In this document: piece after piece, positions 17,027-28,969 of the stretch
Numbering within the stretch: position 1 is the stretch's first letter
Layout: each line of letters opens with the position of its first letter
From: Paramecium tetraurelia
Taxonomy: Eukaryota
Reading direction: 5' to 3'
NCBI GenBank assembly: GCA_000165425.1
Contig: CT867999.1
Location: forward strand, 1 to 64,000
Length of the DNA: 64,000 nt
Position numbers and translations under genes: made by a program
The notes under the pieces: model-generated
Seen by the model: the letters and a program-made list of their open reading frames with translations, nothing else
What the model was told of the DNA's origin: nothing
Databases searched by the model: none

Positions 17027-18888
17027 ATATTTATTTTAATGACTACATTTATTTGTATTTTAAGGATCTTTCTCGCCCTTTTATTTTTTATCGTTTTTTT
17101 TAGGGCCTTTTTATCCGTTCTGTTTTAACTAGTAATCATTCTCGAAAACTTAATAATTCTATGTAATTTTTTTTATTTAATAATATTTTGAAAATTTAAT
17201 AGACTTTTATAAATCCCTAAGAAAATAAAATTTGATATAGGTTTATGAAAAATAAAATAAATAAAGTTTGAAATACAACAAAATTACTATCATATATCAA
17301 TAGGTGTTTATTAATGAATTTTGCTTACTAAAAAAATCTCAAAGCATTTCTTGTCTAAAATTTTAATTATCTTTTTCTCAATTTAATATTAGAACTATCA
17401 TTCTACTATTCGATCTTACGTTATAAATTTAAAACAAGCTCTCAAGTTTTAAGTGAATTCCTCTCACACACACAACACTACCTTTAATTTATATTGATAA
17501 TTTTAGCACTTTTGCCTTAAAAAGTATAAAATATATTTATTAATCTTTATTCATATCTTAATCGATTCATGATATTGGCATTTTTTATATACCTACTAAA
17601 AAAACAACATAATTCCTTCATAAAGAACAACTTTCTTGTTTTTTTGGATCATTATAGTTTTCGAAGAGAGTTGCTTAAATTTTGAAATATGGTCAAAATA
17701 TAAGAATCAAATTGGAATTTTTCAAAGTATCTGCTTTTAATTAATGTGACGGAATATATAACTCAGAGTTTAAAATTTATTTATTACGTCAAGTCGGTAG
17801 AGTTTTTAAGTGATGACAATAAATATATAAAATTTTAGAAGTATGGATCTATTAAAATATAAAAATATTTAATTCCTATCAAGGCCTATTTTAAATAAAT
17901 TATACTCTATCATTATATTTGATTTTTTAAAATGGCATTGGGTTTATTCATGGAGCTTGTATGAGTTTTGAATAAATTTTCTCTATAGATAGGGGATTTA
18001 GATGCTAATCTTGGCAACCTACTTATTATGCTTCAAATAAATAGGAGAATTTGAATTAATAATTTCAGAAAGTTAAATTACATCTATCCAAATTGGTTGT
18101 CTTTTATGTGAGGATAAATATATATTGATTTTACTTAAAAAATACAATATTGTTTAATAACTTATGTAATTTCTTTCGAAGAAAAATGTATAATATCAGG
18201 TTTGAATAATTCTCAAGTATCTCAAGTTACTAATGATTGTAATAATTTTATCGTGAAATATTGCGAATGTATGCTAAAATATTGACGAAATTGTTATTTT
18301 ATTGAATGTAAATCGGATTTGTATAACTGAGAAGTTAGCATATATGAACAATGAATTTGGATCTAATTACGAAATAGAGCTATTGGACTTATATGACTCA
18401 GCCTTTTTATTGACTTAGCATCGAGAAGATTGGATTTAAGTTTAGAAATCTGATGACCTTCCATACATATGTGGTTATTATTTTAAAAAATTCAAAAGTA
18501 ACTTTTAATATTCCTTTAATTTTTCATTGTCCTTACAATAAGAAAGCATAATATTGTTTATGAATTTTAATTAGGCTATTATGTATTTAATTTGCTTTTT
18601 CGAGGTTTCCTAAGACCTTCAATTTCTATAAAATCAACATAGAATATTACAACCACATTGGAATAAATACTTTTACTTATAATTAATTCTTCCAAATTCA
18701 TTTTAACTTTGCTAAATAATAATGAATTTAATTGATTTAAAACATATCATATATGAACTTGAATTCAGAAATTTTGTGATAAAATTAATTATATCATATC
18801 ACGAAGCCAATTCAATATTACTTTTGATTTTGGGTACATATAACGTTATTGCACTGCTTTATTGACTTCATTATGAACTACAACCTAT

Positions 18889-19021
18889 NNNNNNNNNNNN
18901 NNNNNNNNNNNNNNNNNNNNNNNNNNNNNNNNNNNNNNNNNNNNNNNNNNNNNNNNNNNNNNNNNNNNNNNNNNNNNNNNNNNNNNNNNNNNNNNNNNNN
19001 NNNNNNNNNNNNNNNNNNNNN
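18889..19021. other. assembly gap (N run)
   Basis: Run of N bases. Confidence 1.
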
Positions 19022-20089
19022 GGGGATGGGTATAATAATTATAAATTTAAAAAATAAATAAATAAATCATATTAATTAAAAAGAATGTATAGATTATGTA
19101 AATTAAATTGTGCAACTGTTAAACTAAACTAAATAAACTCATTGTTTTCTTACTTCTAAATGTAAATCACAGTTGTTTTGCTATTTTAATGCTTATTAAA
19201 ATTCTAAATTGTTTTTCATCTATTCCACTTTTATACAACTTTAATAAACTACAATACCAAATATCGAAAATCACGATAGGAAAATTTAAAGCTTCCATAT
19301 ATTCATTTGATATGTTTTTTATTTTCATTGTTATTAATTTTAAAACAAATATCTATTTTATAAAATTGAATAAAATTTGTAAGATTTGAAATAAAAAATA
19401 TCTTTCTTTCAATTTATAACAAATAGTTCATTTAGATATTTAATTTGCGCTTAAGATATACATTTCAATATAAAAGAACTGAAAAAGAATTAAACACTCG
19501 CTACTTTCTTAAAATCGTCTTATTTAGACTAAAATCTTGATCATATGGAGACTTCGCATCAATTAAATGGCTAACCAATTAAAATCATCCTACTTACTAT
19601 TATTTATTGAATCACTTATAAATAATTATTGAAATGGTTGGATTAATTAATGGAAATTTTGATGTTTATAAGAACTAGATTAGGCTTACATATTTTCAAA
19701 ATTTATGTTTGAAATAGCTTTTTCATATTTTATAAAGTGAAATTATAAACATTCTAAATAACTAGTTTTATAATATATCATAATTGTTGTTACTGTGAAA
19801 ATCTATGAATTCATTTGAAAATTATTAATTCATAAAATAGGATTTTTCAAAATATAATCCATTTTGAGAATCAGATATTTCGCTATTCAAATTTACGTAA
19901 ATAATAACATTAACAATAATATAGATAGTAAACTTTAATTTAAAATCCTTTCAATTATCTAAGTTTTCATATTGATTAACTCTTTATTACTATACAATTT
20001 AATTACAATTTTTTCAGCTAGATCAAATGATACTTTAATTATTGTTGGTATTCTTTAATTATTGATTCATCAATTATGTCACTCTAAAA

Positions 20090-20570
20090 TCCAACCTCCT
20101 TAAGTAGACGTTTATATATGCTTAAACGCCATTCCTATATCATTTTATCATCTATTTCATTTATAATTATGTGAATTTAACAGATAAATTAGTGATATGC
20201 AAGATAATTTATAAGTAATCTCCTTTTTTATCCAGCCAATCATATGTTCTATAATATTGAATTTTGGTCGATAAGCTGGGGTGAATACACAAGGAAATTT
20301 TGCTAACATTATTTTTCATTCTTACTTCTTCATTTTTGCTAGTTTTTCAAAAACTACAAAATGTTTTAATGATGGGATTCATTATCTCGGTATTAATGTA
20401 AGATTTATCTTCACTAATGTATACTATTAGTTAATACTTAAAATTAATTAAGTAATGTTTTCTAAAAGTTTTATAATTAAATAATTTTGAATTTGCTTCT
20501 TATTAAGAGTATTATTTGAGCCAATTTATTTGTTGCTGGCTAATACTATTTCTTCTTACCCCCATAATTG
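20090..20570 (-). mobile_element. Decayed IS630/Tc1/mariner (ITm) DDE transposase fragment
   Basis: Minus-strand pieces in order: TIMG..ANSKLF, DNESHH (cf. DNAxxH, second Asp), FPCVFTPAYRPKFNIIEHMIGWIKKEI (cf. PPYSPELNPIExxWxxLK) and EIDDKMIQEWRLSIYKRL. The frames are broken and no TIRs were found. Confidence 0.7.
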
Positions 20571-20599
20571 TTGCTTTTAAGCAACTTTTATTTACAATT

Positions 20600-21750
20600 G
20601 GTGGATAGAATATAATTCGAAATGCCAAAATTTCATTAAATTATTCACATAATTGGTTCAAAAACTTTTGTATACAAAAAATTTAATCTGTGGTTACTTT
20701 GTTTTTTCTTAATTGTTTGATATTTTTAGTTTATATCTAGGATTATTGCAAGTTTAAAATTTTTCTTAGTTATTAAATTGCATTTATATTTTGAAGGCTT
20801 GGTTTTTTTTAGAAAAGAGTTTATCGAAATCTAACTTCTATTTAAAATTTTCTCCTATTGGAGAAATGTATTAATTGAGGATTGATATTATTCTTTGCTA
20901 CTTGAAGTTATCAAGACCAAAATTTTACAGCACAAAAAGTCTTTATGTATTTCATCTTTGAATCTAATAACGCTTTTTACATGATAAAATGAGTTCATGA
21001 AATCTAAAATCAAAGTCATTCATATTTTAATTGCATTATTAACACTATACAACTATTTTGATATAATTTATAAAATCCTTTATGAGAATAAATTGCTAAG
21101 CATATTCATCTGTGAGCGAAACTTCAGTTTGAGGTATTTATGATCTACAATCAGACTTTTAAGAAGATACTATTTTAATAATATATATGGGGGGGGGTCC
21201 AATTCAAACTTCATCATGTTCTCTAAATTATTTCTTATAGATAAGAATTGAGATTTTAGTATGGTTAATTTTCAGGATATCTAAAGACAATACTCTAGAA
21301 TGATTAGGTAGATAATTTTCTTATATTGTCTAAGATCGTTTTAATTTGTATCTACTTTCGACAGTTATCTTGAAATTCAAAGTTCAATTTTTACCTCATT
21401 GAATACCAAATTATCAAAAGTATATATATATTTATGATTTTTCATAATGATATACAACCATATCTATAGTAATAAGAAGCATTAATCCCAATCAAAATTC
21501 CTATTTTTTTTTCTTTGGCCCTTAACCCAATAAATAATACTCATTTTAAACAAGAAGGGTAGTGGTTATTTACAAAAGAAGGGTCTAATTTTTTGTAGTT
21601 GATTAAAAAGACATAAATAGAATTAATTTCTTTAGTTTATTATGTAGATACCATTGTAGTGAAAGATGCGCTTGTGCTCTTTATAATCTATGCTTCAAAG
21701 AATTAAATCCTTTTAAGTTGCCCTATCTAAATTAAATAGATTATTACTCA
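20600..21750 (-). pseudogene. Decayed paralog of the neighbouring septin-like pseudo-GTPase gene
   Basis: Broken-frame segments VLFIGLRAKEKKIGILIGINASYY and LQIINTSN parallel IILVGTLTSKKQELINLFLNYY and LRIINTPD of the 22250-24529 gene. Many TGA stops and indels. Confidence 0.4.
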
Positions 21751-22249
21751 ACAAAGATCAGTATGATTCCTAACGAATTTTCTGTTGAAACTTATATATT
21801 CCAATATGTTAATCTTGTTGAACTTCAGATAATATACTTAATTAAATCTTATATGAGTGTATTTGATCAAAATTGAAGAGATAATAATTTTCAGATTTTG
21901 ATTGTTAAAAATTGCTACTCAAAAGTAGAAAATACTAATAAAAGAATGCTCTATTGAGATTCTCAAAAATTAGTAAATCTATATAATGAAAATAAGTAAT
22001 TTTTTAATTTTGATATAAACAAATCTAAAGGAAATAATGGATTATAAACGACTTATTTTAGAAAATTTTCTAAAATGGTTTATTGATAATTATAGAAGTA
22101 AACAACTATGACTTGAAAACAATTTGAATAAATTGTTTAATCAGTATAAGAAGACTTCTGATTCTTCATGAAAATAAATTAATATTAGTGTTTTAGATGT
22201 AAATATTTTTCTTTCTAATGTAATATATTAAAAATTAGAATATAAATAA

Positions 22250-24529
22250 TCAATTTATGCTTCCTAATATTCTGAAATTCTCAATATAACTCAGAAAATG
22301 CCTATCTGCATCATCGCTTATTCGAAGTCCTATCAATTAATCACACTTATATGTTTTAAACTCCTTAAAAAATATTTGTTCTGATTTGCAATGAAATTCA
22401 GAACTATCTATTGAAATTTTCCAATCTGATTTTTGATATCTATAACTTGATCGTTTCAATCTTGGAAATTGATACTGAGCCCATTCTTAAAGAATTTGTT
22501 CTATTTTTTGTGACTTTGAACCCTTAATGTAGTCATCAGAATAAATATAAAAATTGTATTTTTAAGTCAACACCTTTACCCTTTCTTCCCACCCTTCTTA
22601 TTTTACATTTGTCTCAATAAAAATTAACTATTCATAATATTTGGATTAAAAAGGATTTAATGAAATTAACAATGAGTTAAATTTCAAATATTACCGCTTC
22701 TCATTATAAACTTATAACAAATGTTCTTATATTGAATTAATGAACCTTGAAAAGAGATCATAAAACTTTTCAAATCCAATTTTATATGTCTTTAGATCTA
22801 TTTCCCCTACTAGAGTTTCAAATCTGTTTATTTAAGTTTACACTTCATTTAATTCTTGTTCGTGTTCCTTAAGAATCTTTTCTATAATACTACTACTCTT
22901 TGCGCCATTCTTTATTTTATAAATATATTCATTCCATAAATGGTTCCATTGTTTGCTATTCTTATCAATCTATTAATAGATTTGGTTTTCACGTTTTTCT
23001 ATATTAAAGTTGAATTCGCGTATGCCAAAGGTTTCTCTTTTGTACAACTCTAGAAATTAGTTCTACAGTTCTTATTTTATATCAGCGAATTCCCATTAGC
23101 TCTAAATAAAAGAAGTACTGAGATAATTTAGGAATTAATTATAATAATTCCTCATCAAATTAAATTTATTCATGTTTAATTGATTTTGTAAATAATTTTC
23201 AAGAATCTACTCAAAACTATTTTTCCCCATATCCCAGAGGAATTAATTCTCTTACGTTTAAAATTCCATAAATAAAGCACTTGTATTAAATTTTAGATAC
23301 CAAGAATTATTCATGGTTGGTATCATTTTGATAACAGGAGAAGGCATTCCATTAATTATTTCCGTACTAGATTATAAAATATCTTTCTATTTAGGACAAG
23401 CATCTGAGCAATCTGGAAATAAAAAGACAATATTATTGATTAAGCAATTCGAAAAGTTACTTAAAATAGATTCTAACATAAAAAACTAGCCTATTTAAAC
23501 TTATTATGGTATTACAAAACTAATTAGAATATTTTGGTTTAGTGAAACTGAATTTTAAATAACATTATAAATTCTATTAAATATTTGTTGATCATTAAAA
23601 GTGAGGTCATCACTGTAATCTGGTGTATTTATAATTCTAAGTCCTGATTTACCATATTAAGGAGTGATATAATATACTTTCATTTATTCATATTCATTAT
23701 TTTAATCCTCTTTAACTAAGTCAATATCATCATCAAATATTTCAAATCTATAAGGGTCTGAAAATTCAACTTCTAAATAATAATTTAAGAATAAGTTTAT
23801 TAATTCTTATTTTTTTGAAGTTAAAGTTCCAACTAGTATTATGGTTTTGTATTATTGTAAATTCTCAATAGATGATTTATAATAGATTGGGTATTGATGA
23901 ACATCAAAGTCATTCTCCTTCCTTAATTTATAAGTTTTTTAAATCAAATCATTATATTTATACTTTTTCATATTTTACTTTGTTCGGTTATCCTCTTAAT
24001 TTCCAAACTGTCCTTAGTTTTCTAAGTACTCTTGTTATTTTTAGCCTCTATATTTAAATTAATTATTTTATTAATTCTAAATTGAATATTTTTCATTGTC
24101 TCTATCTTAAACTTAATTATCAACTTTTGTAAATAGTTGAGTCATAGATTCCATTTATTTTGTTAGATTTGACATTATTTAATTCAAAGGTGATATCATT
24201 TTTGAGAAGCTTAATAAATTAGATATATATTTTTCAAACTCATCATTAGTTATTTCCTCTTTAGATTTTTCAAGATCTAAAGATAAATATTTTTCTTCCT
24301 TTGTTATTTGATCAACAAATTGATTCATCTTTTGCTCATGTGATTGGTAGCATGAGAATAAGTCCTTTTTCCACTTTGAAATTTCTTTGAAAGTTTATAG
24401 TTCTTGTTTATGTTAGCTGTGATTTTCTACACAATTTAAACAACAAGCCCTTTTCAAATGGCAATTCATATTAAAACAAACTAATATTATCTCTCTTTGA
24501 TCATGTTCTGATTCTTCGCACAATAACAT
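22250..24529 (-). CDS. N-terminal Cys/His zinc-binding (B-box-like) motif + coiled-coil + degenerate septin/AIG1-like P-loop GTPase domain + coiled-coil
   Basis: ATG-to-TGA span of 2280 nt (760 codons), consistent with an intronless gene. Starts MLLCEESEHDQREIILVCFNMNCHLKRACCLNCVENHSQH. G-domain-like KTIILVGTLTSKKQELINLFLNYYLEVEFSDPYRFEI, LRIINTPDYSDD, WYLKFNTSALF, FLWDMGKNSF. Confidence 0.82.
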
Positions 24530-25599
24530 ATTTTATCAATATATATATTATTGATATTCCATAAAATATTAAATTATTATATATTAATAGTGAAATCTAA
24601 TATTCGATATTTTTAAAGCTGAATTTAATTTTCTAATGTCTCATCAAAATATCTTAAAATTAAAATTCTCATAAAGGACAATCAAGAAAACGCTACTTAA
24701 TATTGAGTTATCATTTTACATTCATATTTCGAAAAATTTCTTCTCAAAAGCAAGGGAAGAGAAAATTCTTAAGAAATTAGATTTCTAGTTTCAACTAAAT
24801 CGTTGATTGGCAAAAATAGATAGGATAATCTTGTTGTAAATTTGCCCTTTTCTGCTTATATCTGAATAATGCTTTATTACAAAAGCATAACTAAAAATAT
24901 TTCATACGAAGGAAGTATTTAATAAGAACAAATTTGAGATGCAAGATCATTTTTTAAGTTAAAAAATTCTCTAGAAGGTTTATTCTACTAACATGTTTTG
25001 ATTAATAGTGCAATTTTATGGATTTGATAATATTTATCCCAACTTAAAACAGAACAATAGACAATTAGATGTTAATAAAGTTGGTAGAGTGTGTTGTTAA
25101 ATTCAAATAGAATTTAAATTAAATATAATTAATTGCAAGCAAAATACTTCTCAAGCCTAAGTTTAAGGAGTAAAGTGAAAAATATGTAAAATAGATTTAG
25201 ATAAGATAACTGATGATAAAAGTATAGGAATTATAGCGAAATGAATATCAATGAGGAAGAGAGAGTTGGAAATATTTGTAAAATATTTAGATATATCAGA
25301 TTATCAAAAATGAGCGCGAATCAATATATTTAACAAAATTGGCTGATTTTAAACAATTAAGTATTGTTGTTTATCTTATGAGATTATTAAGTTGAACACA
25401 ATGGTCAAGAGTTATTGCAAAATGGAGAATTTAATAGATTTGGAATTATTAGATAAATAGTTAACAGTTGCTGAACATGACCAAATTATGATGAAATAAT
25501 TCTTATTTTTAAATTAATATTAAGTAATTGTTATAATATTAATCTTTCTTTTAGAAATCACCCATCATTTTACAATATTTTTTATTATCCTGAGTCTTT

Positions 25600-26700
25600 T
25601 TGAGAGACTTTTTAGAAATTTGTTCTAAGATATTCATTTTTCAAATAATTGAATTTTTGGTCTCAGAAACGACTATGAACCTCGCAAGTCACTTTTCTTA
25701 CCAAATTTCTTCCAATAAAAAGACAGAGTAAATTGAAAGCAGCAAAGTCTCAATAAAGAATCCCATCAAAAAATGAGATAAAATAGAAGATGTCTTAAGA
25801 ATTGAATTTATTGGAAACTTACATCAAACAATTTTAAATAAAAATTTTCTGCTTCATTCATTTTCTAATTTAAAATTATGCTATGGAAAATATATATTGG
25901 TAAAAATCCATAAAATCTTTAGATCAAAATTGCTTCATTTTTTTATTCATCTAAAAGGACATAAAATTGCAAAATATAGGATGAAATGTAAAATTTCAAT
26001 TCATTTATATAAATCTATTAACAATATATAAAATTGATAATATGTAAATTTGCTTAATAATAACAAATAAAAATCTTTGCTAACAGAATTTTTGAAGCTA
26101 TAAGACGTTAGATGATTTTTTAATTATTAATAAGGTGGACACTCAAATAAGAACATCTTCAACTCTTAAGGTAAGATTTGTTGAATTACCACACATCAAG
26201 CCTAAATACTGTAATACTTAAATTGTTTCAGACTAATACAATACAATTTCATTTTCCATTGGAGAAATTAGATATAAAGGAAGAATTTATGATTTCTTAT
26301 TTTTAAATAAAATGATAAAGATTTATATAATTTTGTTTATCCAAAGTCAGACAAACTTAAGGTGATCTAAAAAGAACCATCCTTAGGTTTCCTTAAGTCT
26401 ATTTTGAGTAAGAAGCCATATTGATTTAATCCTTAAGGTTGTAAATTCAAATAAAAGATGCACCTTGGCAAAATCTTTGAACTTCATTTTTCAAATATAA
26501 AGATGTTTCTTAGGAGATTGTATCAAAGCCTGAAGTGAAGTTTGAAATATTGAAACCAAATCAATTAAAAGTAAAGGAGTTTTTAAATGATAACTTTCAA
26601 TTAATTTTATAATTGAATTTTTGGATTATCAAAGAATTTTTTAAAAGAATTAATATTTAGATGAACCTGTATTTAGGTCATTTTCAGAGCGATCAATTTT
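25600..26700 (+). pseudogene. Decayed coding remnant of unknown family
   Basis: Protein-like stretches (PLEKLDIKEEFMISYFKQNDKDLYNFVYPKSDKLKVIQKEPSLGFLK) broken by TGA and indels. Confidence 0.3.
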
Positions 26701-27046
26701 AATTGTATTACAAAAACATGAAAAACAATTGAAAATTTAAATTAAATATTGGTCTCTCTTTAGAAAGCATACTATCAATATGCATTGACTAAATTTCAAT
26801 TATTTTATTTACTTATAAATTATTTATCTAATTAGATATTATTTGATTCTTTTCTAATTTTAATTGATCTTATGTATTTAAACAAATAAGCTCTTGCATA
26901 AAAAATAAATTTGAAATCTTTATAAATGATTTTATACTTTAAGAATCAATAAATTGATATCAAATCTTTTTATACAATTATTTCTTTACAGGAGACATTT
27001 TTTCTGAAAAATATTATCAATTGATAAATATTTTTCGAAATATAAA

Positions 27047-28664
27047 ATGGATTTGGAAAATAACATTAAAATAAAATTTAGAGATAAATATGTTCTTGTA
27101 AACGACACAGATGATAGTTATGGTGAAGGCTGTTTCGGCAAAATTTATTCTTGTAAAAGGATAGATGATGATACCAACACTCCACTGTGTGTAAAGATCA
27201 TTCCTATTAATATTGATGCAGAAAGGATAGCTGAAAATGAAATAATAATAAAACGTACGATAGATTAGTTAAAATCGAATCAGCAATAGTAAGCGAATAC
27301 AATTAAAGTATTCGACATCTACTTTGATTTATTTGCATTATATATTATTATGGAGAAATGCGATGAAGACTTATCAATTGAGTTCGATAAAAAGTTGGAT
27401 GAAAACAGTTGGTATACTGAAGAAGAAGTGTTTGATATATTATAGTAAATTATTGAAGGTTTAAAATATCTACATTCGAAAAATATTTTGCATCACGACG
27501 TAAAACCAGAAAATATTTTAATAAAATATTAAACAGGTGAAAGAAAGATTTATAAGGTAATTTATATAAATGCTTAATTAGATTAGTGATTTTGGAATTT
27601 GTGATTTGATTAAAAAGCTAACATAAAGAAATGAAGTCATTAGAACAGGTTCTCCTAATTATACAGCACCTCAAATCTTTGAAAGTGCTGCAATATAATC
27701 TTAAAAATGTGATATATTTTCATTTGGAATACTAATTTATTAAATTTGTTATAAAACTGAATTGCCTTACGACTGCAGTTCAATGTAAATTAGATATAAA
27801 AGCTTATAAAATCTGAAAGAAAACAATTTGAAAACTAAACCTCTTAGCTATAAAAGAGAGGATATATTACGAAATCTTATATAAAGTATGATAGTATATG
27901 ATGAGGATAAAAGAATTTCATATTAAGATCTTTTCAATCATGCTGTCGTGAAGAATAAATATTAATAGAATACTGGCTCTATTACCCTTGATAATAAAGA
28001 AGCCACAAGTTCAAAATAATTTGATAGATCAATTAATTTTTTAAAAAAAACTAAAAATTAAGTTTTAACAATTTTAGAAAGATTATAATTATTGTTAGAT
28101 TTATTTCTTGATAAGTTCAAGATCTGTTGTTAACTGATAGAATAATTGAGTAATGAGGATGACTATTTAATGGTTAAATTGAACATTTATTTAATAGCCA
28201 ATCATCAATTACTTTATGCACTTGCTCTGATTTATATAAGACCATTAGAAATGCATCCTAGTATTCTAAAATATAATGATAATTTGATGCTCATAGAGAA
28301 ATTACGTTAAGCAGAAAAGGGAATTTTATTGTATCAATAAGATACTTAAGGATTTAAAAAACTGGCTGATCTTATTCAATAAGAATATCATAAATTTAAA
28401 AATCAATTTATTTAGTTCACTTCATAATTTGAGATGAGAAAAGATCCTAATGAATTTATATAGTTTCTTAAATAATCCAAAACTAGTAGAATTGAATTAA
28501 AAGTTTTAATCGAAAACATTAAAACTCATTTAAATATAATCCCTTAGAATTTAAAACCATTTTTAGACTAAGTAATCAAATTTGAGAGTTTAGCCCCAGT
28601 AAATCTTTAATAAAAGGATTCAACTCCACAGTATCAGCTATCCTAATAAATTGGATAAATTTGA
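27047..28664 (+). CDS. Ser/Thr protein kinase (non-RD, HHD catalytic loop) with C-terminal helical tail
   Basis: GEGCFGKIY, CVK, HHDVKPENIL, one 25-nt intron (27557-27581), ISDFG, TGSPNYTAPQ, DIFSFG. Spliced length 531 codons. Confidence 0.93.
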
Positions 28665-28969
28665 TTATTGCTAATTAATCATTTAATATTTCAATTTGAA
28701 ATTATTTTATCTTCTAAATTTTAAAATAAATAATTCATGATTTGAGAAAACTAAATTATAGATTTCCCCTATTAATTTTATGTAATTTTGATTTATCTAC
28801 GATTTAATTATAGATGAATTAAGAATTTATTATGTATTTTAGAATGTTTTAATATTTATTGCAATTTTAAATGAATTCATAATCTTTTATATTTAATTAT
28901 AATTTATGATAATTCCAGTAAGAACATAGTTAAGAAAGAATAAATTTTATATCATATGAATATAATAAT

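Noticed and set aside
17500..18500. Possible kinase pseudogene (GIGFIHG-like segment)
   Set aside because: Too degenerate; no convincing HRD/DFG/APE order could be reconstructed.
19022..19030. GGGGATGGG after the gap as a telomere remnant
   Set aside because: Not tandem G4T2/G3T3 repeats; probably low-quality contig-end sequence.
21189..21197. G9 run as a regulatory or G-quadruplex element
   Set aside because: A single isolated homopolymer inside a decayed gene.
24850..25500. Possible decayed MORN-variant repeats
   Set aside because: Only isolated G-E-F/G-W-like words and no sustained frame.
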